NCBI GenBank assembly: GCA_973851085.1
Contig: OZ316776.1
Span: 10,726,001 to 10,790,000, forward strand
Length of the DNA: 64,000 bases
From: Ptychomitrium polyphyllum
Taxonomy: Eukaryota
Direction of reading: 5' to 3'
The notes under the pieces were generated by a model. It was not told where the DNA came from, ran no database searches, and was given only the letters and a program-made list of their open reading frames with translations. Below are positions 1-13,378 of the stretch, piece after piece (positions within the stretch are counted from its first letter, which is position 1; each line of letters begins with the position of its first letter). Both the position numbers and the translations under genes were made by a program.

Positions 1-672
1 TATAAAATAAAAATTGCAAAAACCTTGCACTTGATTAGCTGGATGCAAAAAAACCTAGCGTTTTGTATAGCAACCACTTTCACCACAAAAGTGGTCAAAA
101 TGCACTTCTATAAAATTGTCCTTTATATCAGTATATTATACTTGAATTGAATATAATACAAAGAGGGTATTTGTAAAAGAAATCTTTATATGTTTCAATC
201 TAATTCATATGTAGAAAAAACATTCAAACAAATATTACACATTAAGGTTGTTTTATTAAACGGACATGGTGCAAAAGTGATATTTTACAAATAAATGGGC
301 GGACAAATTTACCTCAATTTATAGAGCCAATAAGTACATTTAAAACAAAAAATTCTTTTGATTCTTTTAAATTACAATTTAAATCTAATTACCAATTTTT
401 TTGTAACATGATAGAAAGAACTATGGCGTAGAATTCCATGAAAAAAAGGCATGTGCATACAAAGAGGCAAAACATGCATAAAACTTCCATGATTTTGAGC
501 ACTCTCTATTAAATTTATGTGCAAGCCTTATTTGATAGATGAAAGCTCTTTGGAATTATAAATTAATTTTTTGAAAAGCAAATATTTAAATGAATATTGA
601 ATAAATATGTATATACATTCCATACTTCTTCATGCCCTAGTACATGCTTGCTTCTTTGTAGGTGAAATCTTT

Positions 673-1149
673 TGTTAAGGACAGAAAAAAAAAAAAAGTA
701 AAATAAAGAGTTTTCAAAGAATTATCTTCTAAAGAGCTAGTGATTAAGAAGAATGGATATGAAGACTTAAACAAGACATGAAACAATATAATCTATAACT
801 TGTATTGGCAGAACTAAGGTATTCTTTATCTTGCCTTCTATTTTTATTATGACGCTTATATTTTTAGGATGTTTTTAAAAAAGCATTCTATGATGCTTAC
901 GAATGTTTTAGAAGTCTACAAAACCTATTCAAGAATCTTCTCAAGGTGGTAGAATCATTTTAGATGGTTTCCTAAGGCAATAAAACCTTCTAAAGAAAGT
1001 TTTTAAGGCTGTGAAAACTTCCTATGAAGTTTCTCAAGGAAATGGAACAACTATGGAAGCATTAAAAGTATGCTAAAAAATTACTACAATTTACTAGAAA
1101 TATTCTAAAAAGTTTTAAAGACTATGTAGCATCATTCATGTTTGTGACA
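673..1149 (-). repeat. 3' LTR of family B (degenerate)
   Basis: TGTTAAGG...TGTGACA termini. The adjacent 1150-1387 is the reverse complement of the PPT/3' UTR seen at 28020-28255. Confidence 0.85.
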
Positions 1150-1412
1150 TTACTTCTTCTTTAGCAATGAGTTCCATGAGGAACTCATATTCTTGCTTGC
1201 TTGTAACATCTTCACAAATTCCTAAATTTGTTATATAAAAAAAACACAACATATTCTATTTATTGTTTTTTGCTCACTATTTCTTTTAATCTTTACAAGA
1301 AGCACCGGTGACCATTAGCCAAAACTTCTATTGCTGAAATGTCATAGCCTAAGATTTGATCTTAATTTGATCCTTTAAAACATCCTTTATATTGCGCACA
1401 TCTTTTTGAGGA

Positions 1413-3083
1413 TGTTACGGACAGAATAATCACAAGACAAGGCTCCAGGATTCCAGAATGTAGAACAAGATAAGTCCAAGTATATTAGAGGTATAGAACT
1501 ACATTAAGGTATAAAAGACAAAGCCGAAAGGTCTAAACTAAACCACAAGAGATGCGTTGTTTAGACTGAAGAGCTTTTCAGCCTTGACTCCTATATATAC
1601 TAAAACTACAAGTTTTGGAAGCTTCTTAAGAAGCTTCCCCTACATTGCTTTGTACTCAAGCAACCTTGAGCTGCTTCCGTGGAAGCTTCCTAAGTCAAGG
1701 CAACTTCCTTGGAAGCTTCCTAAGTCCAAGGAAAATTCCATAGAAGCTTCCTAAGCCTAAAGGTAACTTCTTTAGAAACTACCTAGGCCTAAGATAACTT
1801 CCTTAGAAGCTTCTTAAACCTTCTAAGAACCTGTCTAGATGCTTCTAATATGTATGTCCATGACATCACCTGTCCTTCTAGCTTTAAGGTCTCCAAAGAG
1901 TAAAAAATGCTTAAAGTCGTAGAAAATCAAAAATTTGCTGCATGATATCTGCAACATACTACAATTACCTTTCTTGATTCAAATGGTCCATAGGTCCTTG
2001 TAACCATCTATAGTGTCCAACACCTTTTACTTGAGACCAAGTATGAACTTTTGTATCTTTGTTGTAAACGCGTCCTTCAAAAATAACATTAAATAACCTT
2101 TGTAAGCTGGTTCCACTTCAAAGACAATCACTAGCAATCTATTATAGGGTGTCCTCCAACATCTTCTTGGTCCAAATCAATTTTTCATTACAAGGTCGTC
2201 GACAAGATCCACTTAGTTGAATTGACACCACTAGCATGGTATCTGCATCTTGACTATCCATATCTAATATATTGAGTTAATCACAAAAAACTATGACAAA
2301 CTTCTAAATACAAACGACTAATTTCTAAATCATATTTGGAGCTCTAAAAACTTATGATCTAGGAATTGCTTTCTCTTTTACTTAAAATCCCAAGCATCAA
2401 GAGCCTTTAAGGTTACGCAGCCTTACCAAGCCACTATTCTATTGACTGCTACCTTTGGTTTGGATGGATGTTGTTGATGGAACTTACAAAATTTTATTGG
2501 TGAATTGGCAAGATTGTTAGTTGGCTCCCATGTACGTTTATAAATGTCATATCCGCACCTATGGACCCAGTATTCTAGCTTTCCACGTCTTATATATGAG
2601 TCAAACACATCTTCCACTTCAAATTCATGATGATTGTTGATTCCGACCACAGGTGGTGGCAGTTGCCTTCGTCCAGGGATATTTAATTCTTTATACATTT
2701 CCAAAAGTGAAATGTAGAAGACGAGATGTACCTTCATTGATGTTGATAGTTCCAAACGATATGCCACGTGGTTGACTTGTTTTTGGATTGAAAATGGTCC
2801 TAATCTGCAATAGTCCAACTTGTTATATGGCCTATTGGTCCTTATATCACGTCGAAGGAGCCACACCTTCTCACTAACTTGGAATGGAGGTTGTTCCTTT
2901 TTTGTTGCATTTGCTTTTGTTTTGTATTGTTCTCGAGCTTCTTTTAGTTGAGTCTTCATGGTTGTTTGAAGCTCTGCCATGCTTGTGGCGAATTCCTCTG
3001 CTACTGGATTTTTAAATCGTGTAGGCTGTAACATATCCATTTTTGGATGATGTCCATAGTTTGAGTAGAATGGCGTTTGTAAT
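1413..3083 (-). mobile_element. 5'-truncated family C Tcn1-like element: end of integrase, chromodomain, 3' region and 3' LTR (1413-1865)
   Basis: ORF 2423-3040 has a GPY/F motif (LGPFSIQKQVN) and a chromodomain (FEVEDVFDS...LEYWVH...TWEP). LTR reads TGTTACGG...CATGACA with the PPT next to it. Inverted homologue of 33045-34746. Confidence 0.9.
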
Positions 3084-3587
3084 TGTGAAAGAGCTGGAAT
3101 TTGGAAGTTTGTTAGAAGAAGTTATCAACCTTTCAATAAACCATAAATCACTCAAATTAAAGAAGTACAAAAGAATTGGCAACCGTTTGAGTGAAGGGGG
3201 ATCTTCTAGCCTAGCAAAATAGAAGCCTAACTTTGGAAGACGTTTTTTCAATGTTCAACAATCAGATTGCAGTGAAAATTCTTTAAGCTAAGTGACTTGA
3301 AGTCTAATTTGTAGAAAATCTAAGATCTAGAGATTTAAACTACAAAGACGACAAAGGCAGCCAATTTATTTTTAAGGATTTTGCTGCCTTTTAGAATTTA
3401 AGTGGTGGCTTGAAAGTTGAGATTGAGAAGACCTTGGCTAGATAATTAATAGGTAATCTAAGAATATATTTAGCCATATACTATTTGCAAGTTGAGTTGC
3501 AAAATCCTCAGCTGCAGGATTTTCAACATGCTTGATTTGAAATGGATCTGCTCGAGGACGATAGCCATTATTTGCAAAGAATGGACT

Positions 3588-4731
3588 TGTCGCGCACCTC
3601 ACCCTGAGGAGTGCCTGCAACACTAAGGGCACAAGGGGAACCCCGAAGTGACGTCCGGGACTTGTGGCGCCGATAGTGAGGAGAACCGAGTGGGCCTAAC
3701 ATGGGAAGGACCCCTAGGGGGAGAAACATCCTTGCCCATGTAGACCGAGGGCCACGAGGGAAAGAGCAAGGGCATTGGATGAATCACAAAGAGTTGATTC
3801 TAGAATGCTAAGGATTGCCCAAATCGGACATGGGAGCTAAAAGTTATGGCACCCCAAAGTTGGGGTTGCCAAGGGGCTGTTCTGGAGTGTGGCAGCCCTA
3901 CACAGTGACTGTGCTAGAGTGGAACAGTCCAGGGAGGGACTCCCCGGGAGTCCCGAACCTTGGGAGAGGCGTATCTCCCACAATACTAACTCAAATCGGA
4001 CGTTTGAGGAGTCTATTGGCATCTACGCGAAGAGTAGATGACGATAAAGTGGTTGCTCGATACATTCGGGCACCGGATGAGGAAGATATGGCGCCCTAAA
4101 GGTCCGCTGGGAGTCCCGGAGGCTTCCAGCGGCTAAGTCCCAAGGGAGATCGGGTGGTCTTCCAAAACTCTAGGTGTGTCGGGGTTCAGCTAGCTTTAGA
4201 GGGCCGGGGGCCTGCCGAATCCCACAGAGAGTACTATAAGGGAGGGCTGGTCCCCCTCCCCACTCTCCTAGTGTCCCGGTAGAGACCAAGGGTGAGTCCC
4301 GGTTGGTGGAGCTAGTGTTGGGGCTTCACCACGGGGACTCCCACACCATTGTGAGCCGGTGGACGGCCGGTTTCACGAAAGGAACTAGCACGTTCAAAAG
4401 GGTACGCTTGTTACCACTAAATTGGGGTGGTATCTTCACGCCGGCACCATGATGGCCCGGGGTGATCTTAGGATCACTTGGGCATCATGAGTGGTGGTGA
4501 GGAGACACCACTAAATGCGGTTAGGCCGTGTGGAATGGGAGTAACACCAAGTGAGGCCTTGGACATGAATGGAAGTCCGCACCTAACCATTGGCTACTAA
4601 TAAATTGGATGTCCTAAGAAAAATGGTAGAAAGACTTGGAAAGTGAGAATGGGGGTTAACCATGTGCATGTGGGGGTGTATAGGGTTGACGCGCGTGACG
4701 CTTGCTAAGGTGCATTGCAAGGGTTGCGATA
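3588..4731 (+). repeat. 5' LTR of family A
   Basis: TGTCGC...GCGATA (terminal CA changed to TA). About 5 transitions relative to the 3' LTR by eye. Confidence 0.97.
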
Positions 4732-4733
4732 TT

Positions 4734-4745
4734 TGGTATCAGAGC
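4734..4745 (+). promoter_or_regulatory. Primer-binding site complementary to the 3' end of tRNA-iMet
   Basis: TGGTATCAGAGC, 2 nt after the 5' LTR. Confidence 0.95.
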
Positions 4746-4783
4746 AGGCTTTCAGTATCGAAGTGCTACGGTGCGAGGAGGGG

Positions 4784-7700
4784 ATGGGTAAGAAGAAAGC
4801 CGGTGATGGCGGTGAGCCCGGGGCCTCTAAGCGACCACGCACAAGGGTGAACAAAGACCCCGATCCGATTAGTGAGGCTCCATCCTTAAATTCCAATGAG
4901 CAAGGGAATGTCATTGGAGCCACTGGGGAAGTTGAGGAAACTCAACAAGACGAAGCGTTGGAGGGTGGAGAGTACTCAGGAGTTAGGATTCCTGAGCCAC
5001 CTGAGGGCCTAGAGAGTCAAGACCCTGACTTAAGTTTTCGTATGAAAATGCTCGAGTTCATAGACGGTGTGAACCAAGAACTCAAGCGTGGCAAAGAAGA
5101 AAGGACTCGTCAAGAGAGGTTGATTGAGCACTTGATGGCACAAGGTTCCAGGTCCTCATCTTCGACCAAGAAGTTGGCCAAAGTGAACATGCCCAGCACT
5201 TTTTCTGGGCTAGGCAAGGCCAGGAAGGTGAAGGAGTTTCTTTTGGAAATGGACAACTATTATGATGTTTAAAAGCCGGAGGAGGTGGACAAAGTTTCAA
5301 TTGCGGTGACCTTTTTGAAAGACCATGCTCTTCAATGGTGGACAAGTAAAAAGGAGCAAGAGCCGGAGTTGGTGGCAACTTTGTCTTGGGTCAATTTTAA
5401 AGAAATCTTGAGTGAACGCTTCACTCCGGAATACCATGAGTTGAGGGAGGGCATGAACTTGGTGCAAATGAGGCACACCGGGTGGCTCAAGACTTATGTG
5501 CGAGATTTCAACGCCCAAATGAATGCCACATTCAAAATGGATGAGTTTTCAAAGAAATGCATCTTTTTGGGTGGGCTTCTAAAGTGGGTGGTGGATGCCT
5601 TGTTCAAATTCCCAAAGCTTCCGGAGGACGTGGCGGGAATCATTAAGATTGCGGAAAGAATTGAAGCCGACAGTCCCGAAAGAAAATCAAGTGGTCCCTC
5701 TCAACAAAGTGGATTGAGCCGAAATGTATCTCGCGGCGAAGAACGCAATAAATTTGGCTTTGGAAACAAACACAAGGGACAAGTAGATGGAAGGGCCTAC
5801 AACAAAGTGGACCATCATGAGAGAAAACCATTCAAATCGGGAGATAAGAGTGCTGAGGTGAAGCACAAGCATTGCCACGGATGTGGCAAGATTGGTCACT
5901 TCATTGCGGCGTGCCCCGATAAAAAGGTGAGTACCAAAGCTTGTCACACTTATGTTGTGGATCACATTTTAGAAGGTGGATTTGTGGCCAAGGCTAGTAG
6001 CCTTAAGCCAAGGTCGAGTCTCTTATACCTTGAGGCCCAAATAAATGGCAAAAATGTTTCATGTTTGATTGACACAGGGGCAACGCACTCCTTCATGAGT
6101 CCCAAGCTAGCAAGGGAGTTGGACTTATCGGCTCAAAAAGCTAGCAAGCCCATCAACGTGCGATTTGCAAAAGGCAAATCGTACGAGACGAAGAAGGTGG
6201 TGTTGGATGTGGCCTTAAGCAGTGGAACATTGGAGTTGAAGGAAAGCTTTACACTATGTGAGATGGATGAGATAGACCTCATTTTAAGTGATACCTTTTT
6301 CGAAACTCATGTGGTGGATGTGAAGCGAAAGCCAGCACGGTCAGTAGTGCGCCGTGGTGGGAAGGAGATAATATTGAAGTTGACTAAGACTCCTATGGTT
6401 GCGGGAGGCAAGTTGAACTTAGTCTCCTTAGAACAACTAGAGAATAATCAATTTGTGGTTGTGATGCGAATGGAGCAAGAAGAGGGGAATAGGCCAAGTG
6501 CCAAGGAAGTTAGGACTATTCCCAAGTGCATTCAAAATGTACTAAGTGGTTACAAGGATGTGCTCACCAATGAGCTGCCCGCAGAGTTACCGCCAAGAAG
6601 AGAAGTGGATCACAAAATTGAAGTGATACCGGGAACGGAGTCCCCTTCAAAGGCTCCATACCGGTTGAACCAAAAAGAGCTAGAGGAGTTGAAGAAGCAA
6701 TTGAATGACTTGTTAGAAAGAGGCTATGTTAGGCCAAGTAAGTCGCCATATGGAGCACCAGTCCTCTTCGTAGATAAAAAGGATGGCAAGCTCCGCATGT
6801 GTGTCGATTATAGAGCCTTGAATAAAGCCACCATCAAGAACAACTATCCTTTGCCTTGCATTGATGACCTCTTTGATAGATTGGCGAGAGCTAAATACTT
6901 TAGTCGGATAGACTTGAAGTTGAGCTACTATCAAACCCGCATTGCGGATGAAGATGTGCCAAAGACCGCATGCCGCACTAGGTATGGGTCCTATGAATTT
7001 TTGGTGATGCCATTCGGGTTGTGTAATGCTCCTTCGACGTTCACGACCCTCATGAATACCATCTTTCGAGAAGAGATGGATGACTTTGTCATTGTTTATA
7101 TTGATGACATCTTGGTGTACTCCAAGTCGGCGGAGGAACATGCAAGGCACTTTGAAGTGGTGTTTCAAAAACTTAGGGACCACAAACTTTATGCAAACGG
7201 AGAAAAGAGTGAGTTTGCTCAACTTGAGATTGAGTTCTTGGGCCATATAGTGACGGATGCTGGAATCAAGCCGGACATAAGGAAGATAAAGGCAATTAGA
7301 GAATGGAAACAACCTTCTACACAAAAGGGGCTGAGATCATTTCTCGGCCTAGCAAATTATTATAGGAGGTTCATACGCAACTTCTTCAAAATTGCTAGAC
7401 CTTTATCCGATTTGTTGAAGAAAGGAGCTAGCCAAGTATGGGATAGATTTTGTCACCAAGCTTTTCAAGAACTCAAGGATAAGTTGTCACAACCGCCGGT
7501 ATTGAAGTTTCCCGAGTTTGAAAAGCCCTTTGAGGTCCACACGGATGCAAGTGACTTTGCCATTGGCGGAGTTCTCATGCAAGAAGGCATGCCAATGGCC
7601 TATGAGAGCAAGAAGTTGGATGGGTGCCAAAAGAGGTGGCCCATGCACGAAAAAGAACTCTTTGCTGTAGTGCATTGTTTGAAAACATGGCGGTACTACT

Positions 7701-9412
7701 TGGGCCTACATAAAACCAAAGTCTACACGGACAACGTGTCCTTGAAGTACTGTGAGTCGCAGGCGCAAATGAGTGCAAAACAATTGAGGTGGCATGATAC
7801 CTTAGCACTCATGAATGTGGATTTGATCCATAAGACGGGGCGTGACAATGTAGTGCCGGATGCTCTAAGTAGGCGGGAGGAGTTGCAAGCGATGGGCACA
7901 ACCCAAGTCCTGCGAGTAATGTACAAGGGAGAAGGCAATTTGGAAAGGAAGATAAGAGAGGGGTACATGAAGGACTCCGAAGCACAAAGGCTTCTCGGCG
8001 AGCTTAAGAAGGGTAAGAAACTTAAGGAAATTAAGTTGGAGAAGGGATTGCTCAAGTACAAACAAAGTCGGGTGTATGTGCCTCAAGGAAAACTACGGTT
8101 GTTGGTTTTGAAAGAAGAACACGATAGTCCCATAGCCGGCCATAGAGGGGAAAAAACCACCATAGCGACGATGTCAAGAAGGTACTATTGGCCGGGCATG
8201 AAAGCGGACATCACCGACTTTGTGAAAACTTGTGTGAAGTGCCAGCTGAATAGAGCTTCTTATCAAAAGCAAGCAGGTCTACTACAACCTTTGCCAATTC
8301 CGCCGGGTCCATGGCATAACGTGTCCATGGACTTCATCACAAGTCTTTCGGATTTGCACGGGTTTGATGCCATCTTTGTGATGGTGGATCGCTTTAGCAA
8401 ATTAGCGCACATGGTGCCAACTAGAGGAACCGTAACTGCACATGAGATCGCAAAGCTATTCCTCGATGTATGGTGGAAACACCACGGGTTGCCGAGAGTG
8501 ATTGTGTCGGACCGAGATCCAAAATTCACTAGTGTTTTTTGGAAACATTTCTTTAGGAAAGTTGGAACCAAATTGACGTTTAGCACTGCCTTCCATCCTC
8601 AAACGGATGGGCAAACGGAACGAGTGAACGGAGTTTTGAACCAATACTTGAGGAACTTTGTGAGTGCGGACCAATGCGATTGGGTGGAATATGTGAGCCT
8701 TGCGGAGTTCAGTTACAATGCGGCCAACCATTCGGCGACAAAGCAGTCGCCATTTAAGGTGGCCTATGAAGTGGCGCCACTCTAGCCTGCCGACTTAGCT
8801 CTCAAAGGGGCACATTCAACACTAGAGTTTAACCAAGATGGTGAGGACTTGGCCAAAAAGCGAGAACAGATGTTGGAGAAGACCAAGCTTTTGTTGGAAA
8901 AGGCACAAAAGCGGTACGAAAAACAAGTCAATGCCGGAAGACGTGAAGTGGAGTATGAAGTAGGCCAAAAGGTGTTTTTGAATGTGAAGAACTTTAGCTT
9001 GCCCAAAGGCCTCACTCCAAAGTTCATGTCCAAGTTTGCAGGGCCGTTTTTCATTATGGAGCGGATGTTTAAAGATGTGTACAAGTTGGAGCTACCACCT
9101 GAAATCAAAGTGCACCCAACATTTCATGTCTCACTCCTCAAGCCATTTAAAAAAGATACCTTGTGGCCCAATCGCAAACAAGTGATTCGGCCACCGCCGG
9201 AATTGGTAGGCGACCACTTGGAATACAAAGTGGAAGGAATTCTTAAGTGTAGGCACCACAAGAAAGTAGGAAAAGAGTATTTGGTGAAGTGAAGAGGGTA
9301 CCATGAGAAGGAAGCAACTTGGGTACCAGCCAAGGACTTGGGAAATGCCAATGAGGTGGTAGAACGCTTTGAAAGGGATAGGAACTCCAACAAAAGACAA
9401 CGTCGACATTGA
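4784..9412 (+). pseudogene. Gag-Pol polyprotein (Gag, CCHC knuckle, PR, RT, RNase H, IN, chromodomain) with three in-frame stops
   Basis: ORFs 4715-5272, 5285-8785 and 8849-9292 share one frame. Motifs: [73 protein letters not shown]. Stops: TAA 5270, TAG 8783, TGA 9290. Natural stop TGA at 9410-9412. Confidence 0.93.
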
Positions 9413-10202
9413 TGAGGACATCAATCTCTTTAAGTAGGAGGAGAGTGGCTTGTAGTTATAACTTCTTCACATCATGTATTGGTTCTTTGACTTATGGCAA
9501 TAAAGTTCAAGTTTTGTGTGTGCAAAGAGAAGAATATAAGATGACGTCCTAGTCTTGTGCTTGTGCTAAGTTGGTAGAAGAGGGGGAATAGACATGTGAA
9601 ACCAAGTTGGGAAGGCCGAGTAATGGGGACCAAGGCTTGGAGGAGGAATGGTTAAAACCATGAAACCTCCTGGCCTCGGGCTTGTCCGAGCAAGGACAAG
9701 GTAATGGCGCGTGCTCATAAAAGCGCCACTCCTACAAACTAACAAAAGTTAGTGCATGGGAGTCATGAACTTATATCTCAATAGAGATAGTGGGATCCAG
9801 GTTGGGCGGAACTTGGCATTACCCCCGTGCGATCGAGTCGTGGAATAAAAGCCACCTTGGGTTTGCAACCAAGACAACTTGGTGGAGCATTGAGGTCCAG
9901 CCTAGTCAAAAAGGAAGAGATAGGGAAGTGTAGCCTAACTGGGGAGTGTATCCCAAGAGGGTCTCAAAGTAGGTAGGTCTAGAATGATTTAGGGCCCCAA
10001 AGATTTTTGTCTAGGGTGCTTAAACAGACCACCTCTTAAACGACACCTTTGAGACATTGCCAAAGACTTCTGAGTGCATTGTGGGGGTCGCACCCTGGAT
10101 GAAACACAATGCTGCACCACTAGAGGATGGCAACCTTGGAATTAGTGTGCCGACTACAAGTATAGTCGATGAGGGCATTGACTCTATTTGACTGGAGGTG
10201 AG

Positions 10203-11346
10203 TGTCGCGCACCTCACCCTGAGGAGTGCCTGCAACATTAAGGGCACAAGGAGAACTCCGAAGTGACGTCCGGGACTTGTGGCGCCGATAGTGAGGAGAA
10301 CCGAGTGGGCCTAACATGGGAAGGACCCCTAGGGGGAGAAACATCCTTGCCCATGTAGACCGAGGGCCACGAGGGAAAGAGCAAGGGCATTGGATGAATC
10401 ACAAAGAGTTGATTCTAGAATGCTAAGGATTGCCCAAATCGGACATGGGAGCTAAAAGTTATGGCACCCCAAAGTTGGGGTTGCCAAGGGGCTGTTCTGG
10501 AGTGTGGCAGCCCTACACAGTGACTGTGCTAGAGTGGAACAGTCCAGGGAGGGACTCCCCGGGAGTCCCGAACCTTGGGAGAGGCGTATCTCCCACAATA
10601 CTAACTCAAATCGGACGTTTGAGGAGTCTATTGGCATCTACGCGAAGAGTAGATGACGATAAAGTGGTTGCTCGATACATTCGGGCACCGGATGAGGAAG
10701 ATATGGCGCCCTAAAGGTCCGCTGGGAGTCCCGGAGGCTTCCAGCGGCTAAGTCCCAAGGGAGATCGGGTGGTCTTCCAAAACTCTAGGTGTGTCGGGGT
10801 TCAGCTAGCTCTAGAGGGCCGGGGGCCTGCCGAATCCCACAGAGAGTACTATAAGGGAGGGCTGGTCCCCCTCCCCACTCTCCTAGTGTCCCGGTAGAGA
10901 CCAAGGGTGAGTCCCGGTTGGTGGAGCTAGTGTTGGGGCTTCACCACGGGGACTCCCACACCATTGTGAGCCGGTGGACGGCCGGTTTCACGAAAGGAAC
11001 TAGCACGTTCAAAAGGGTACGCTTGTTACCACTAAATTGGGGTGGTATCTTCACGCCGGCACCATGATGGCCCGGGGTGATCTTAGGATCACTTGGGCAT
11101 CATGAGTGGTGGTGAGGAGACACCACTAAATGCGGTTAGGCCGTGTGGAATGGGAGTAACACCAAGTGAGGCCTTGGACATGAATGGAAGTCCGCACCTA
11201 ACCATTGGCTACTAATAAATTGGATGTCCTAAGAAAAATGGTAGAAAGACTTGGAAAGTGAGAATGGGGGTTAACCATGTGCATGTGGGGGTGTATAGGG
11301 TTGACGCGCGTGACGCTTGCTAAGGTGCATTGCAAGGGTTGCGACA
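10203..11346 (+). repeat. 3' LTR of family A
   Basis: TGTCGC...GCGACA, preceded by a purine-rich PPT. Confidence 0.97.
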
Positions 11347-12763
11347 GGACTTGAGTTGTTGAAAAATGCATTGTATTGTTGTAAGCAAACTTTGCCAAAA
11401 ATAAAAGGTCCATCTAGCTGTCTTGCTAGTAGTTTATGCTACAAAGAAGGTATTATTCCAAAATTTTATTCACACATTCAGTTTAACCATCAGTCTGCGG
11501 ATGGTGTGTTGAAGAAAAATTCAACTTCAAGTTAAACAACTGAAATAGACCCCTCTAAAATATGGAAATGAAGTGCAGCCCTCGATCAAATACAATATCA
11601 TCCGGTAGTCCATATATGTAGTAGATGTAATTTAGGAACAATTTAGCAGTTTCTTCTCCCGTTATAATTTTATTGCATGGAATGAAATGCGCCATCTTGA
11701 GAAACTAATCCACCATTATCAAAATAGAATCCTTAGAATTGGAGTTTGGAAGGTCCGTGATAAAATTCATTAACAATAACAACCATAGGTCCTTTGACAT
11801 TAGAAGCAAATGGAGGAGACTATGAGGTTGGTGTCTTGGTATTTTGGCCTTTGTACAAGTATGACATGATCAAACGTAGTACTTCACGTATTTTCACATT
11901 TGCGGCCACCAATAGTCTTTAACAATCAATTCTATTATTTTATTGAATCCAAAATGCCTTGTTGGTGGAAAATCATGACGTGCTTGAAGGATCTTCAATT
12001 GCAAAGGGCCAAGAGGTAGATACAAAAGTCCTTTATAATAAAGTAGGCCCTCTTAGAATTCAAAGTCCTCATCACTATTTGAACAACCTCCGTTGTTTTT
12101 GAGGCACTTCCTTATATTTGAAACAAAGAAATTGTTCTTTAAACTCTACCAAATTTTATTGAGATGGGATATTGAGGTAATAATTGCTGCTTTCATTTGG
12201 AGATTTTGTAGTTCTATAAAATAGTCCTTTATTGATCAAAAATGTCATTCCTAAATTTAAGAGCCAAATAAAATCTTTGTAACAAGGCAACTAACTTAGT
12301 TTACAGATTGCCAAATTGATAGGTAATAAGAAAGTCAAATATCAAAAGCGACATATTCTACCTTGCTTTACAGTGATTTAGAATGCGCACACTCATGAAG
12401 TACTCCAAGTTCTTGTGGTCTATGTATATTGTGATGGTATGGTAAGCTCTTTCCAACAAATGCCACCATTCCTCAAACGCATCTATAATTGCAAATAATT
12501 CCTTATTATGTACATCATAGTTGATCTTTGCTGCTAAAAACTTCTTTGAACAAAAAACAATAAAATGGAGTCTTTTGTCTTCATCATGTTGTGAGAGTAT
12601 TGAGCCAAATGCAAAATCTAAAACATCCGCTTCTAAATAGAAAGGCTTTGACAGATTTAGATGAATAAAGATTGGAGCCGACATGAATGACTTCTTAAAA
12701 CCTTGAAATGCTCTTTCCGTCTTTTTATTTCAAGTGAATTTTTGCTTCCACGTAAGTCATGTC

Positions 12764-13378
12764 TGTTAGGGACACAAGAAACAAGAGGCAAATACGAAGT
12801 GTTTCCCAAGAATTAGCTTCCAAAGAGCTAATGATTAACAAGAACTTTAATACAAAGACTAGAACAAGGCAGGATTCAAGATGATCCACAACTTGTGTTG
12901 GCAAGACTAAGGAATACCTTGTCTTGCCTCCTATTTATATTATGATGTTTGAATCTCTTAAGATACTTCTAAAGAAGCTTCCTACAAAGCTTAAGAATGT
13001 TTTGGAAGTCTAAAGAACCTTCCCAAGAAGTTTTCTAAGATATTGGAACCTTCCTAAGAGGCTTCCAAGGAGTTGGAACCTTCCTTGGAAGTTTCCTAAA
13101 GATGTAGAACCTTCCTAGGAAATTTCCTAAGATGATGGAATCTTCCTAGGAAGTTTCCTAAGGTGATGGAATCCTTGTAGGAAGTTTCTTAAGAAATTAT
13201 CTAAAATGATAGAACCTTCATAGGAAGTTTCTTAAGCTGGAGGAACTTTCCTAGGAAGCTTCCTAAGAACATGAAAAGGCTATGGAGACTTTTAAAGGTA
13301 TTCTAAGAAGCTATTATAGTATACTAGAAGGTTCTAGAATGTTCTAAGGATTATGTTGCATGATATATGTCCGTGATA
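12764..13378 (-). mobile_element. Solo LTR of family B inserted in the RT/RNase H region of copy D
   Basis: TGTTAGGG...CCGTGATA with perfect TSD ATGTC (12759-12763 and 13379-13383). The pol sequence resumes on both sides. Confidence 0.92.

Larger units (their letters stand above)
3588..11346 (+). mobile_element. Full-length young Ty3/gypsy chromovirus (family A, Galadriel-like by gag/pol motifs)
   Basis: 1144-bp LTRs at 3588-4731 and 10203-11346. Perfect TSD GGACT (3583-3587 and 11347-11351), PBS TGGTATCAGAGC, PPT GGAGGTGAG. One gag-pol frame with a chromodomain. Inserted in the integrase of copy D. The clade name is an inference. Confidence 0.97.

Noticed and set aside
3815..4099. Identical 94-aa ORF in both family A LTRs (also 10430-10714)
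   Set aside because: The identity only reflects LTR duplication. It has a non-ATG start and no recognisable domain.
6713..9424. Antisense ORFs overlapping pol, and similar ones over the F-box and SLBP exons
   Set aside because: These are shadow ORFs of real coding frames with no independent motifs.
12960..13350. Palindromic ~31-bp repeats resembling a CRISPR array (also at 20570-20820, 22370-22620 and 28370-28590)
   Set aside because: There are no unique spacers and no cas genes. They are tandem units inside eukaryotic LTRs.
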